DNA of 64,000 nucleotides, taken from contig CAVUDP010000002.1 of assembly GCA_963740315.1 (NCBI GenBank), forward strand, positions 1,184,001 to 1,248,000, written 5' to 3'. Shown piece by piece: positions 23,317-33,951 of this stretch. The notes below the pieces were generated by a model, which saw only the letters and a program-made list of their open reading frames with translations, was not told the origin of the DNA and ran no database searches. A program made the translations under genes and the position numbers. Within the stretch, counting starts at the first letter, position 1, and every line of letters begins with the position of its first letter. The stretch comes from an uncultured cyanobacterium (GTDB taxonomy: Bacteria > Cyanobacteriota > Cyanobacteriia > Cyanobacteriales > Nostocaceae).

Positions 23317-23317
23317 A

Positions 23318-23375
23318 GGTTCGTAGTAAGGACTTTAGTCCTCGGATTAAGGGCTAAAGCCCTCACTACGAACCT
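23318..23375. repeat. REP family A (gtt(c/t)gtagt..double hairpin..actacgaac); other copies at about 8391-8437, 8521-8567, 11455-11512, 55119-55143 (partial) and the 61391 array
   Basis: Terminal inverted arms enclosing two short hairpins (aggactttagtcct, agggctaaagccct). Confidence 0.85.
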
Positions 23376-23398
23376 TAATCTAAAATCCAAAATTGTAA

Positions 23399-23731
23399 AT
23401 GCCTACTTACAAAGTACGATTAATCAACCAAGACATCGGATTAGACAGCGTTATTGAAGTACCCGACAACGAATATATATTAGATATCGCCGAAGACGAA
23501 AATATCCGTTTACCATCTGGGTGCAAACAAGGAAATTGTTCTGCCTGCGTAGCAAAAATCATCAGTGGAGAGATTGACCAAAGCGAGCAAAGATTTCTTC
23601 GTCCCCACGAAATCGAAGCTGGTTACACCATCACCTGTGTTGCTTATCCTTTGTCAGATTGCACCTTACAAACTGATCAAGAACAAATTTTATATAATTC
23701 CCTTTATTTTAAATCGGATACAGAAAAATAA
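23399..23731 (+). CDS. Plant-type 2Fe-2S ferredoxin
   Basis: LPSGCKQGNCSAC...TCVAYPLSDC. Confidence 0.95.
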   Translation: MPTYKVRLINQDIGLDSVIEVPDNEYILDIAEDENIRLPSGCKQGNCSACVAKIISGEIDQSEQRFLRPHEIEAGYTITCVAYPLSDCTLQTDQEQILYNSLYFKSDTEK

Positions 23732-23984
23732 TAAAATTGCGATTAAATATACAAGAATTACGAATTTTAGTTAGGAATTATGAGTAAAAATTAGGAGTTT
23801 ACAACTATATTTTACATTTCTTAACATTAATCTACTTCTTAATTCTCAATGCTTAATTCCCTATTCCCCATTCCCTACCTTTTGATATAAAGCAAATCTA
23901 TCTTGTTAGAGAGGTTTGCTTCAACATAATTGTTCACCATATATATAAGAGTTCAAAAAACAATTTTTTTTTCAGGTAAACATT

Positions 23985-24374
23985 ATGTTAGGCATATTTT
24001 TAACAACCTTAGCAACTGCATTAAGCTTGCTAATTGTAGACATTGTAGTTCCAGGTGTGAACCTTGCCAACTTCCCATCAGCGATGATTGCTGGTTTGGT
24101 AATTGGTTTAGTAAATGGTTCAATCAAGCCTATTATCTCAACCCTTTCCTTACCAATTAACTTAGTTACATTGGGAGCATTTTCGCTTGTAGTTAACGGA
24201 CTTTGTTTCTGGTTAGCTGCTGCTGTAACTCCTGGATTTGCAGTTAAAGGACTTATCGCTTTCTTCCTAGCTCCTGTAGTTATGTCTTTTGCTAATACCT
24301 TCATCAGCAATTATATGGGAGAAAAGAATCTCCTCGCAGGAAAATCAAACAACACTGAATTACCTTCTAGCTAA
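23985..24374 (+). CDS. YvlD/phage holin family 4-TM membrane protein
   Basis: GLVNGSIKPI..LSLPINLVTLGAFSLVVNG signature. Confidence 0.9.
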   Translation: MLGIFLTTLATALSLLIVDIVVPGVNLANFPSAMIAGLVIGLVNGSIKPIISTLSLPINLVTLGAFSLVVNGLCFWLAAAVTPGFAVKGLIAFFLAPVVMSFANTFISNYMGEKNLLAGKSNNTELPSS

Positions 24375-24482
24375 TTCATCGACTTTCAAAGTAGAAACCA
24401 AAATATATCTTTAGATAGAATCATACATTTTGGTTTGTCTCAGATCGCTTAAATTAACTGTAACTAAAAAGGTCAAAAAACT

Positions 24483-24653
24483 ATGAAACTTTTACTTGGT
24501 TTACTCGTACCCCCCGTTGGTATTTTCATGACTTATGGAGTTGGTCCTACTTTATTTATTAATATTGGATTAACCTTGTTAGGATGGCTTCCCGGAAGTA
24601 TTCACGCTTTATGGGCAATTACCAAGCATAATGAATTGGAACGAGGAGTATAA
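24483..24653 (+). CDS. YqaE/Pmp3 family small membrane protein, 56 aa (not in ORF track)
   Basis: Hand translation MKLLLGLLVPPVGIFMTYGVGPTLFINIGLTLLGWLPGSIHALWAITKHNELERGV; PP.G, IN..LTLLGWLPG.IHA.W motifs. Confidence 0.92.
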   Translation: MKLLLGLLVPPVGIFMTYGVGPTLFINIGLTLLGWLPGSIHALWAITKHNELERGV

Positions 24654-25119
24654 TCCTTTATACGATCGAACATCTTATATAGGATATTGGGGGGTGGCTA
24701 ATGTCACCCTTTTGATTTTGGATTTTAGATTTTGACAACGGATGCTTTTGTTTTAGATTTTGGATTTAAAATTTGGATACAGGATAAGAAGTTTAAAATG
24801 AAAAATAGTAGATTAGAAACCCGGTATCTTGAAGATACCGGGTTTCTCTAATTAAGATATTTTGGGCTGAAGAGTTTATCTCGCCAAAATTTATTTTATC
24901 GGGAGTATTCCCACTTTTTCATTTTGTAGTGCGTTAGCGCAGCGTGTCCTTACGGACACGCATCTTGCTCGCTCGGAAGTGCTAGCGAGCAAGATGCTCG
25001 CACTACCAAATAAATTGATTTATCTCACCACAATATTAAAAAGACCTCGCATTTGCGAAGTCTCTACATTAATATTCATACTAAATTTAACAACAACTTT
25101 TTATTAGCTGTTTGTTAAT

Positions 25120-25884
25120 TTATTTCTCTTTCAACCAGTCAGCAGTTGATAAAAGCAAATCTCTTAATCTTTGTTTTAGCTGACTTTCTTTCTTGGCTAA
25201 TGAAGAACCTGCTTCAGCAAGTTTCACTTCCACGTCAGAATGCTTATCTTTAACCTGAGTAACTATTTCTTCTCCTTGAGGACGAGATTTTTCATACCAG
25301 GTTTTAGCATCATTCAAGAAAGTTTGTACGTTATCACCGTCACCACCATAACGTGCTGCTAAATTAGCTCGTACAATAGCTAATTGTGCTTGCAGTTGAG
25401 CATAACGTTTCTTTAGTAAAGAAGCTTCTTCGCTATTTTTAATAGATTCAACAGCAGATTTTATTGCAGTTTGAGCTTCTGTAGATTTTTCTTGACTTGT
25501 ATCTTGAATTTCTGTCAAAATACCATCAACTTCTTGCTGAATTTTATCTTCTTCGTCATCGATTTGAGCTTGTAATAGCTTAACTTCTGACTGAGTTTTA
25601 TTTAAAGCTTCTCGACGCTTACTATCAACAGCTTCCACAGCACCTTCAATAGATGCAGTAATTTCTTCTTTGATTTCGCTACCTTTTCCTTGTATGTTTT
25701 CAGCTACAGCCGAAACAGCATCTTTAACAAGTACTCGAAGTTCAACCGAACCTTCTTTAAATTCAGAAACTACTCCACCAACAGCAAGTTTGACAATTTC
25801 TCTAATTCTATCAACTCTTTGCTGTCCGGTTTCTTTAACTTGTTGCAAGTCTGTTTTAATTTGGTCTTTGATATTGTCAGCCAT
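25120..25884 (-). CDS. Coiled-coil hypothetical protein
   Basis: 254-aa E/K/Q/A-rich helical ORF with AGG RBS; hairpin agacctcgcatttgcgaagtct downstream. Confidence 0.85.
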   Translation of the reverse strand: MADNIKDQIKTDLQQVKETGQQRVDRIREIVKLAVGGVVSEFKEGSVELRVLVKDAVSAVAENIQGKGSEIKEEITASIEGAVEAVDSKRREALNKTQSEVKLLQAQIDDEEDKIQQEVDGILTEIQDTSQEKSTEAQTAIKSAVESIKNSEEASLLKKRYAQLQAQLAIVRANLAARYGGDGDNVQTFLNDAKTWYEKSRPQGEEIVTQVKDKHSDVEVKLAEAGSSLAKKESQLKQRLRDLLLSTADWLKEK

Positions 25885-26141
25885 ATTCTATACCTATGTA
25901 AATAATTTAGAAAATGTTATTGACATATTGTCGCCTCTATATAGTGACGTAGTATTTCATTAGAGTGGTACATCCTTTAGATAGAAAATAGCGATGAAAA
26001 TCAAATATTTATTCCATAAGATGTATTTCCGATAATTTAAAAAATGTAAATAGCATATGCTCCGACTTAGAAACAAATGATAATTGGTAAATATTTATTA
26101 AATGCTAAAGTTAAACATAGTCCAAACTTAGATTTATCAAA

Positions 26142-26480
26142 ATGAAAGCTTTGATTAAATTTGTCTCATTTACAATTTTATTATTGATAATTTGCCTGCA
26201 ACAACCAGTTTTAGCAGATACTGTTGATGGAGCAAAAATATTTTCAGCAAATTGCGCCGGTTGCCATATTAACGGCGGTAATATAATTCGACGCGGTAAA
26301 AATCTAAAAATGAAAGCTTTAAAAAAATATAAAATGGATTCTGTAGAAGCGATTTCTAATATTGTGACATACGGTAAAAATAATATGTCAGCTTACAAAG
26401 ATCGTTTAAGCGAATCAGAAATACAAGCTGTATCTATCTACGTTTTAAACCAAGCTGAAAATAATTGGCGAAAGCAGTGA
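26142..26480 (+). CDS. Cytochrome c6-like protein (PetJ family paralogue)
   Basis: Signal peptide, GAKIFSANCAGCH, GKNNMSAY axial Met. Confidence 0.92.
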   Translation: MKALIKFVSFTILLLIICLQQPVLADTVDGAKIFSANCAGCHINGGNIIRRGKNLKMKALKKYKMDSVEAISNIVTYGKNNMSAYKDRLSESEIQAVSIYVLNQAENNWRKQ

Positions 26481-26516
26481 GCAGTTAGCAGTTAGCAGTT
26501 AGCAGTGAACAGTTAG

Positions 26517-26600
26517 GAGTTAGGAGTACTTCGACAAGCTCAGTAACCTTATTGAGTTAGGAGTACTTCGACAAGCTCAGTAACCTTATTGAGTTAGGAG
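26517..26600 (+). repeat. 37-bp unit gagttaggagtacttcgacaagctcagtaaccttatt x2; family also at about 41262-41428 (minus), 44283-44346, 49116-49185 and 57080-57168
   Basis: Identical core at five loci, always embedded in heptamer STRR tracts. Confidence 0.9.
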
Positions 26601-26769
26601 TTAGGAGTTGTAAAAGGTAATAGGTAATGGGTGAATATCTTAAAGGAATAATTTATATCTATATCTTCTTACTTGTTATCTCTCCTTGTCCCCCGAACCC
26701 CATCTCCCCCGCACCCCATCTCCCCCGAACCCCATCTCCCCCCTCTCCCCATCCCCCCATCTCCCTAAA

Positions 26770-28248
26770 ATGACTACTACTTATCTACCAAAATTAAACG
26801 TACCCGGACCGCCTTTAAATCCAATTTTAGGGCGTTTGCCGATGATTTTAGGGTTTGCGAAGGATTCTATTGGATATACGCGCCCTTTATTTAAAACTTA
26901 TGGTTCGGTTGTATCGATGGCGGCAGGGGCCGGTACTCATATATACTCGCCTCTTGCGGAATGTCCCGGTACTGTTTTTACTTGTGGTGCGGAAAATGTG
27001 CGTACTGTCACCAGCCAGCACGAAGTTTATTATAAATATCCTTTATCTGGGATGATGTACAGTAAGCGGAACGATTCACCACGAACTGAACCTCTAAAGC
27101 ATTTTGGTGTTGGTTTATTCGGCGTGAATGGCGCAACTCATCGGCAACATCGCCAACTTTTGATGCCAGCTTTTCACAAGCAACGTATTGATTCTTACCG
27201 CGACGATATGGTTGCTATTACGCGATCGCAACTTGAAAAATTAACGATTGACAATCCTGTTGACATCGCTCAAGTGATGCGACTTCTTACCCTACGAGTA
27301 GCCACAAAAACTTTATTTGGTAGCGATGTTGGTGAAGAAGGTGCGAAAAGCGGACAGATTCTTCAAGAAGCATTACGAATGAATGGAAAATTAGCGATCG
27401 CGCTTTTACCTTTCGATATTCCGGGGCTTCCGTACCATCAATTACTCAACTTATTCGCGCAACTCGATGAAGAAATGCGTCAGCTAATTCGCCGCAAACA
27501 AGCAAGCAATACAGATGATGGTGACGTACTTTCCATGCTAATTCGGGCGCGAGATGCCGAAACCGGATTGACGTTAAATGAAGATGAACTTTTAGGGCAC
27601 GCAGGAGTTATCTTTGCAGCAGGGCATGAAACCAGCGCTAATGCACTAACCTGGACGCTATTTCTTTTATCGCAACATCCCCAAATAGCCCAAGACGTAG
27701 TAGATGAACTGCAAAGCGTATTGAATGGAGAAGCCCCAACCGTAGAACAATTACAAAAATTACCTTTGTTAGAAAGAGTAATCAAAGAAAGTATGCGCGT
27801 CTTAACTCCCGTACCCTGGAATGGCCGCGTCACCTCCCAAGCAACCGAACTCGGAGGTTATGAATTACCAAAGGGAACGGAAGTTTTTGTCAGCATTTAT
27901 CAAACTCATCATCTGCCTGAAATTTATTCCCAGCCGGAGAAATTCAATCCTCAAAGGTGGGAGACATTTGAACCAACAATGTTTGAATATAACCCCTTTA
28001 GCGCCGGAAGTCGTATTTGTATTGGTGCAGGTTTTGCAATGATGCAAATCAAAATTGTATTATCAATGTTATTGCAAAAATACCGTTTGGAATATATCCA
28101 AAACCAAACAATAGACCGTTTTGGTTTAATAGTCATGGCACCCAAAAATGGCTTAAAAATGATTGTCCGCCAACAAGACAGTAATTTTAACCAAGGAGTA
28201 GGTGGAGTCAAAGGAAACGTCCGCGAAATGGTTGAATTGGTAGCTTGA
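26770..28248 (+). CDS. Cytochrome P450
   Basis: AGHETS, ESMR (ExxR), FNPQRW, PFSAGSRICIG haem motif; ATG 26770, since the upstream extension is STRR. Confidence 0.97.
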   Translation: MTTTYLPKLNVPGPPLNPILGRLPMILGFAKDSIGYTRPLFKTYGSVVSMAAGAGTHIYSPLAECPGTVFTCGAENVRTVTSQHEVYYKYPLSGMMYSKRNDSPRTEPLKHFGVGLFGVNGATHRQHRQLLMPAFHKQRIDSYRDDMVAITRSQLEKLTIDNPVDIAQVMRLLTLRVATKTLFGSDVGEEGAKSGQILQEALRMNGKLAIALLPFDIPGLPYHQLLNLFAQLDEEMRQLIRRKQASNTDDGDVLSMLIRARDAETGLTLNEDELLGHAGVIFAAGHETSANALTWTLFLLSQHPQIAQDVVDELQSVLNGEAPTVEQLQKLPLLERVIKESMRVLTPVPWNGRVTSQATELGGYELPKGTEVFVSIYQTHHLPEIYSQPEKFNPQRWETFEPTMFEYNPFSAGSRICIGAGFAMMQIKIVLSMLLQKYRLEYIQNQTIDRFGLIVMAPKNGLKMIVRQQDSNFNQGVGGVKGNVREMVELVA

Positions 28249-28398
28249 GGGGAAGATGGCGGGACAAGGGGACAAGGAGATGGGGAGATGGGGAGATAGG
28301 GAGATGGGGAAGGAGTTATTACACATGCAGACCTTTGACCTTTGACCTTTAACATGCAGACCTTTTTACGTAATTGTATAAGTATAAATTTTGATTGA

Positions 28399-28959
28399 TT
28401 GGAGTTAAGTATCTTGAATCATAAAGGTGTAACAGTTTGGCTTACAGGCTTGAGTGGTGCGGGTAAAACCACCATTGCTAGATGTCTCGAAGCAGAACTT
28501 AAGTCTCGAAATTGTAAAGTTGAAGTATTGGATGGCGATTTAATCAGAACTTGGCTATCTCAAGGATTGGGTTTTAGCAAAAAAGACCGCGATATTAACG
28601 TGCGTCGGGTGGGATTTGTAGCTAATTTGCTCAGTCGTAATGGAGTAATTGTAATTGCTGCCACAATCAGTCCTTATCAAGAAATTAGAGATGAAATCCG
28701 AGCCATTAATCAAGATTTTGTTGAAGTTTATATTAATACGCCTTTAGAAGTGTGTGAAGCGCGAGATGTTAAAGGGCTGTACGCTAAAGCCAGAGCCGGA
28801 GAAATCAAAGGTTTTACGGGTATAGATGACCCTTACGAAGTTCCTACAAATCCAGAAGTTGTTTGTGAAAGCGCCAAAGAAACTGTTGAGGAGAGTGCTA
28901 ATAAAGTAATCGGCACTTTGGAAAAGCTGGGTTATATTCAGTTTGCAGCTAAGTCTTAG
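28399..28959 (+). CDS. cysC: Adenylyl-sulfate kinase
   Basis: WLTGLSGAGKTT, LDGD, RDVKGLY, FTGIDDPYE; exact TTG start uncertain. Confidence 0.95.
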   Translation: MELSILNHKGVTVWLTGLSGAGKTTIARCLEAELKSRNCKVEVLDGDLIRTWLSQGLGFSKKDRDINVRRVGFVANLLSRNGVIVIAATISPYQEIRDEIRAINQDFVEVYINTPLEVCEARDVKGLYAKARAGEIKGFTGIDDPYEVPTNPEVVCESAKETVEESANKVIGTLEKLGYIQFAAKS

Positions 28960-29017
28960 ATTTGAGCATAATATTAAATAAAGATACGCAATTATCGCTT
29001 TAGCTGTTAAATAATTA

Positions 29018-29614
29018 ATGAAATGGCTTTATTTCATCCTTAAATATGGGATTCTCGGTCTAACAGTATTTTTTCTGATTCTATTAGGAACAATATCTAT
29101 CAATTTAACTATTGCATCTTACCAAGCTCCTAAACCCCAAGCTATTCTTACCCTTGGCGGTGGAGAAGCAAGAGAAAAATTTACTGCTCAATTTGCTCAA
29201 AATCATCCCTCTCTAAATATTTGGGTTTCTAGCGGTATTTCCTGCAAGAAAGCTAACAGGATTTTTCGCGAAGCTGGAATTACTGAAAAACGAATTAACC
29301 TTGACTATCGCGCCGTCGATACAGTCACTAATTTTACTTCTTTAGTAACAGACTTTGAAAAACTCAAACTCAAACACTTGTATATAATTACTTCTGATTT
29401 TCATATGCCCAGAGCAAAAGCGATCGCCACTATAGTTTTGGGCAGTCACGGTATAACTTTTACTCCTGTTTCTGTTCCTTCAAAGTTACCAAAAGAATCA
29501 TTTGTACATATTTCTCGCGATATATTTCGTTCTATATTTTGGTTGATTACAGGTCACACTGGCGCAAGTCTTAATCCCAGACTTTCCGGTTATGGTAAAA
29601 ACTGCAATTACTGA
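29018..29614 (+). CDS. YdcF/DUF218 family protein
   Basis: N-terminal TM, ILTLGGG, AVDTVTNF, ITSDFHMPRA. Confidence 0.9.
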   Translation: MKWLYFILKYGILGLTVFFLILLGTISINLTIASYQAPKPQAILTLGGGEAREKFTAQFAQNHPSLNIWVSSGISCKKANRIFREAGITEKRINLDYRAVDTVTNFTSLVTDFEKLKLKHLYIITSDFHMPRAKAIATIVLGSHGITFTPVSVPSKLPKESFVHISRDIFRSIFWLITGHTGASLNPRLSGYGKNCNY

Positions 29615-29679
29615 AAACCGTCAACTGAAATCAGATTCCATCCGCTACCATCAAGTAAGATGCTGATGTCATAGCACGT

Positions 29680-30600
29680 ATGTACCAAACAGACCCACCG
29701 ATTCCTCCAAAAGAAAGTCTTCCGACGATGTACGATCTACCTAGTGAAGATCCACTTGATCCTGGTTTGCCGGACGAATTTCACATTTATCAACCGCAAT
29801 TGTTAGAGGAAAGTTTTCGTCCACCAACTTACAGCGCTGAGGAAATTTTTGTCGCCAGCGATTTGAATATTTACTATAATTCTCGCAATCCTCTATGGCA
29901 CAAGCGTCCCGATTGGTTTGCAGTAGTCGGTACTTCTAGATTTTACGAACAAAGAGATTTACGTTTAAGTTACGTAATTTGGCAAGAGGGGATAAGTCCT
30001 TTTGTTGCAGTAGAGTTACTTTCCCCCGGAACCGAGAAAGAAGATTTGGTTGACATACCTCCTCGTCCTGAAGTCCGAGGATCCCTTAACGCTTCATTGG
30101 GTTGTGCTACCGAAGTAGTCTTACCATCCCTCGACGTTCGTTTAAAGTCTCCTAATGCCCTATGGCGACTATTTAAATTCTACCACAACAGTCAAAAAAG
30201 CCGTCCTATAAGGACGGGGCTTGAATCCCATTTTTTTGGTCAAAGCCTGCGTATAGTAGAGGCAGACAAACCACCAACTAAATGGCAGGTTTACGAACAA
30301 ATCCTCAGAGTTCCTTATTACATCGTATTTGACCGCTATACGGATAATTTACGAGCCTTTGTTCTTCAAGCTGATTCTTACAAAGAACTTAATTTAGAAC
30401 AACCGCGCATTTGGATGCCAAGATTAGAAATCGGTTTGGGACTCTGGCAAGGTAATTACAAAGGTATCGAACGCTTGTGGTTGCGCTGGTATGACAATAA
30501 CGGTAATTGGCTGCCAACTCCAGCAGAGCAAGAACGTCAACGTGCAGAACGTTTCGCAGCCAAACTACGAGAATTGGGCGTTAACCCTGACGAATTATAA
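29680..30600 (+). CDS. Uma2 (DUF820) family PD-(D/E)XK protein carrying a 63-aa in-frame insertion
   Basis: LPTMYDLPSE, PDWF, VELLSPGT, WLRWYD..G.W.PT; foreign segment between EKEDL and GQSLR. Confidence 0.92.
   Translation: MYQTDPPIPPKESLPTMYDLPSEDPLDPGLPDEFHIYQPQLLEESFRPPTYSAEEIFVASDLNIYYNSRNPLWHKRPDWFAVVGTSRFYEQRDLRLSYVIWQEGISPFVAVELLSPGTEKEDLVDIPPRPEVRGSLNASLGCATEVVLPSLDVRLKSPNALWRLFKFYHNSQKSRPIRTGLESHFFGQSLRIVEADKPPTKWQVYEQILRVPYYIVFDRYTDNLRAFVLQADSYKELNLEQPRIWMPRLEIGLGLWQGNYKGIERLWLRWYDNNGNWLPTPAEQERQRAERFAAKLRELGVNPDEL
30030..30170 (-). ncRNA. Putative TnpB omega-RNA/reRNA scaffold plus flank-derived guide
   Basis: Extended -10 TGGTAGAAT at 30177-30185, CUAC-UUCG-GUAG tetraloop at 30107-30118, right-end hairpin; boundaries inferred. 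Confidence 0.55.
30050..30238 (-). mobile_element. Non-autonomous IS200/IS605-family element (PATE/MITE), 189 bp
   Basis: On the minus strand it starts directly 3' of TTGAC, has a left hairpin ccgtcct-tat-aggacgg and a right hairpin tcctcg..cgagga, and ends ...gtatgTCAA; no TSD; excision restores GAT TTG GGT CAA. Confidence 0.88.
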
Positions 30601-30866
30601 ATTACTCCCAATAAGCTTTAAGTCTACCGACATAATTATTTTTCTTCCTACTTCCTACTCCCTACCCCCTACTCCCAAAATCTTCAGAAAAAATTTATCA
30701 ATAAATAAAAAATTTGACAAAAGTATATTAGTCTGGCTATTGACTCTAACAACGCAATATATATTAGCTAAGATGATACACAGCCCCTTAAAGTTTGTAG
30801 TATCTTCTGATAATAAGAACTGCAATAACTAATTTAAAATAACGCCCCTCCACCAAAAGGTAACTC

Positions 30867-32339
30867 ATGCAAACTAGTACTCTGATCTATTCTAAAGAAC
30901 TTCCCAATCTACAATACTCTTCTACAAAAGAGCAGTTTGATGAAACTTGGGCAGCACCATTATCTACTCTCTTAGGTTTGGGACGTGCTGCGGGTGCTGA
31001 TTTTCTCGAATTCTTTTTAGAGCGCGTAAATTATATTAGCTGCTTGGCAGAAGAGGACACTATTACCAGTATTACCCCTCGTCTTTCTACGGGTGCTGGA
31101 GTAAGAGTATTTCGCGGTAAGGCTGATTGCTACGTTAGCACAAATGATATTTCGTTCAATGGTTTAAAATCAGCTTTAGAAAAAGCTTTGGCGATCGTCG
31201 GTTTACAATTACCAACACCAAACGCTTTTATCGCAGAAATTAACTTGGAATTGCTCAGAGACTACGCTACTAAAAGAGGCAAGGATGCATGGCTACCTTT
31301 GTGTACTTCCATGCGCGAAATGGGAGAAGTATTGCTTGATAGTACTACTCAAGTAAAGCAGAAAGCCAACCATATCCAATCCCGCCGTGCTTCTTATTTC
31401 CGCGACTGGCAAGAAGTTTTAGTTGCCGCTAGTGATGGAACTTTTGCTCGCGATATCCGCTTAACTCAATCTGTGGCATTAAGCCTATTGTGTGCTGAAG
31501 GTGCCCATCGCAGTTCTATAGCCGAACGTGGTGGTAACACTAGCGACCCCAATTTTCTCAAAACTTGGGATTTCCAACAAGCAGCAGAGAAAATTAGCGA
31601 ATCTGCTGGAAAAATGCTTCACGCTGACTATGTAGAATCGGGTAACTATCCGATTATCATGGCGAATCACTTCGGTGGAGTAATCTTTCACGAAGCTTGC
31701 GGACATTTACTCGAAACCACTCAAATTGAACGCAATACTACTCCTTTTGCTAAGAAAAAAGGTGAAAAAATTGCCCATGAAGCTTTAACAGCTTGGGATG
31801 AAGGACGCACCGATAATGCCTTCGGCACCATTGATATGGATGATGAAGGTATGCCAGCCCAAAGAACTTTATTAATTGAAAAAGGAGTTCTCAAGAATTT
31901 CTTAGCAGATAGAACGGGTTCAACACGTACCGGACATCCCAGAACAGGTAGCGGCAGACGGCAGAATTTTACCTACGCTGCGGCTAGTCGGATGCGAAAT
32001 ACTTACATTGCCACTGGCGAAAACTCTACTTCGGATTTATTCGCTTCAGTTGATAAAGGTATTTACTGTAAGAAAATGGGTGGAGGTAGCGTTGGGGCTA
32101 CGGGTGAATTTAACTTTGGTGTACAGGAAGCCTATTTGATTGAAAACGGTAAAATTACCAAGCCTTTAAAAGGAGCTATTCTAATTGGAGAAGCCCAGGA
32201 AATCATGAATAAAATTTCCATGTGTTCCCAAGATTTATCTTTAGCTCCAGGTTTCTGCGGCTCCGTTAGTGGTAGCATTTATACTACCGTAGGACAGCCA
32301 CATATCAAAGTTGATTCGATTACCGTTGGCGGACGGTAA
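30867..32339 (+). CDS. tldD: TldD metalloprotease subunit
   Basis: [36 protein letters not shown]. Confidence 0.95.
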   Translation: MQTSTLIYSKELPNLQYSSTKEQFDETWAAPLSTLLGLGRAAGADFLEFFLERVNYISCLAEEDTITSITPRLSTGAGVRVFRGKADCYVSTNDISFNGLKSALEKALAIVGLQLPTPNAFIAEINLELLRDYATKRGKDAWLPLCTSMREMGEVLLDSTTQVKQKANHIQSRRASYFRDWQEVLVAASDGTFARDIRLTQSVALSLLCAEGAHRSSIAERGGNTSDPNFLKTWDFQQAAEKISESAGKMLHADYVESGNYPIIMANHFGGVIFHEACGHLLETTQIERNTTPFAKKKGEKIAHEALTAWDEGRTDNAFGTIDMDDEGMPAQRTLLIEKGVLKNFLADRTGSTRTGHPRTGSGRRQNFTYAAASRMRNTYIATGENSTSDLFASVDKGIYCKKMGGGSVGATGEFNFGVQEAYLIENGKITKPLKGAILIGEAQEIMNKISMCSQDLSLAPGFCGSVSGSIYTTVGQPHIKVDSITVGGR

Positions 32340-32470
32340 AAACCACCGGAGTGAGGAGTTAGGAGTGAGGAGTTAAAAATAATTTACCTATTTTCTTTTC
32401 CCTACTCCCTATTCCCTACTCTCTATAAATTAAACCAGATTCTTATATTGAAATAACTTTATCCAAAACT

Positions 32471-33812
32471 ATGCCTAACATACAGGAAATTGCAGCTTCT
32501 GCTAAGGAAAGTGCCGATAAGATTGGTATCAAAAAGTTTGATATTTATGGATCGTCAGTAGATTCAACTAGCGTCCAAGTTGACCAAGGTGAGCCGAAGC
32601 AAGTTAAAGCCACTAATCTTTCTGGTGTCACCGTTCGAGTCTGGAATAAAGATAATACAATGGGTGTCGCTAGTACTACGGATATTGACTCTAAAGGATT
32701 AGAGTTGGCTTTAAAAACCGCGTTTGAAGCGAGTACCTTTGGCGTTAAGGAAAATGTACCCGATTTTAGCCCGGAAGCTAAAGCCGAGATAAATAACGGT
32801 ACATCTAAAGAAAAAGCACCTCTTGCCCCGGTTCCAAATTTGATTGATAGTTTAGTGACAGCAGAAAAAGAGGTACTTGCTGCTCATGAAGCGATTAAGG
32901 GAGTACCCTATAATTCTTTGTCGCAAAGAGATATCGATCGCTTTTATTTGAATAGCGATGGTGCAATGAGAGCCGAATCTCACTCTTTAGCATCAATTTT
33001 TCTCTACAGTAAAACCGAACAAGAAGGTAGAAAACCTCGTAGTGCTGGCGCTTTTAGAATTAGTTACGGTGTTAACGATTTAGATATTGATGGCTGCATC
33101 AAAGAAACTGCCGAAAAGACTATCAGTCACTTGAATTATCGAAAAATTCCAAGTGGTAAGTATATGGTTGTGTTTTCTCCAGATGCTTTCTTAAGTTTGC
33201 TGAGTGCTTTTTCTAATTTGTTTAACGCTCAAAGTATTCTTGATAAGCAAAGTTTATCCACTCCCGATGATATAGGTAAGGAAATTGCTTCTCCCTTGCT
33301 TTCGCTTTACGATGATGCATTACATTCAGCAAACATTGGCGCAGAAACATTTGATGGGGAAGGAACTCCCACTCGTCAGGTATCGCTAATTGAAAAGGGA
33401 GTTTTGAAGAACTTTCTTCATAGTGCGGGTACTGCCAAGCGCATGAATGCTCAACCCACGGGTAATGCTAATATTGGCGCGAAAGTTACCATCAGCCCTA
33501 ACTTTTATCATGTTTTTGCAAGTGCAGCACCCGAACAACAATTTAATTTGGACAGTGCTGAAAATGTAGTTTTGATCGACGATTTACAGGCACTTCATGC
33601 AGGGGTTCAATCTTTGCAAGGCTCATTCTCTTTACCATTTGACGGTTGGTTAATGAATAAAGGAGAAAAAACCAGCATTGATTCAGCAGTTGTAGCTGGA
33701 GATTTTCTCGAACTTCTTAAATCAATTGTTTTTGTAGAGAAGGAAGGAGAATTAACTCCGGGAGGAGTTGTTCCGGATTTGGGTTGGAAGTTTGTCGATT
33801 ACGGGAGAATAA
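32471..33812 (+). CDS. pmbA: TldE/PmbA subunit, with an indel near 33770-33780
   Basis: FDGEG, GSFSLP, follows tldD; the expected C-terminus IWVGSLSITGE* lies in a shifted frame ending at TAA 33812. Confidence 0.88.
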
Positions 33813-33817
33813 ACGAA

Positions 33818-33847
33818 TGGAGACGTTGCAGTGCAACGTCTCTACAT
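33818..33847. repeat. REP family B (gtagagacgt..acgtctctac); copies at about 11351-11377, 11615-11645, 20181-20206 and 54838-54867
   Basis: Palindromes such as gagacgtagcagtgctacgtctc, mostly just downstream of stop codons. Confidence 0.85.
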
Positions 33848-33951
33848 TAATTAATAAATACAGCAAAATAGGTAGAACAAATCAGTAATTTACTACTTGA
33901 CTGGCTCTACCCAAATATTATTCGTAATAGTTTAAATAGTTTAAAGCTTTA

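Noticed and set aside
23985..24374. Prophage, suggested by the holin-family gene
   Set aside because: YvlD-type proteins are common chromosomal genes and no phage genes are nearby
26517..26600. 37-bp units as CRISPR repeats
   Set aside because: Units abut with no unique spacers and are scattered as one to three copies
26770..33812. P450-cysC-tldD/E as a natural-product (RiPP) cluster
   Set aside because: No precursor peptide, YcaO, sulfotransferase or exporter; the genes look like unrelated housekeeping neighbours
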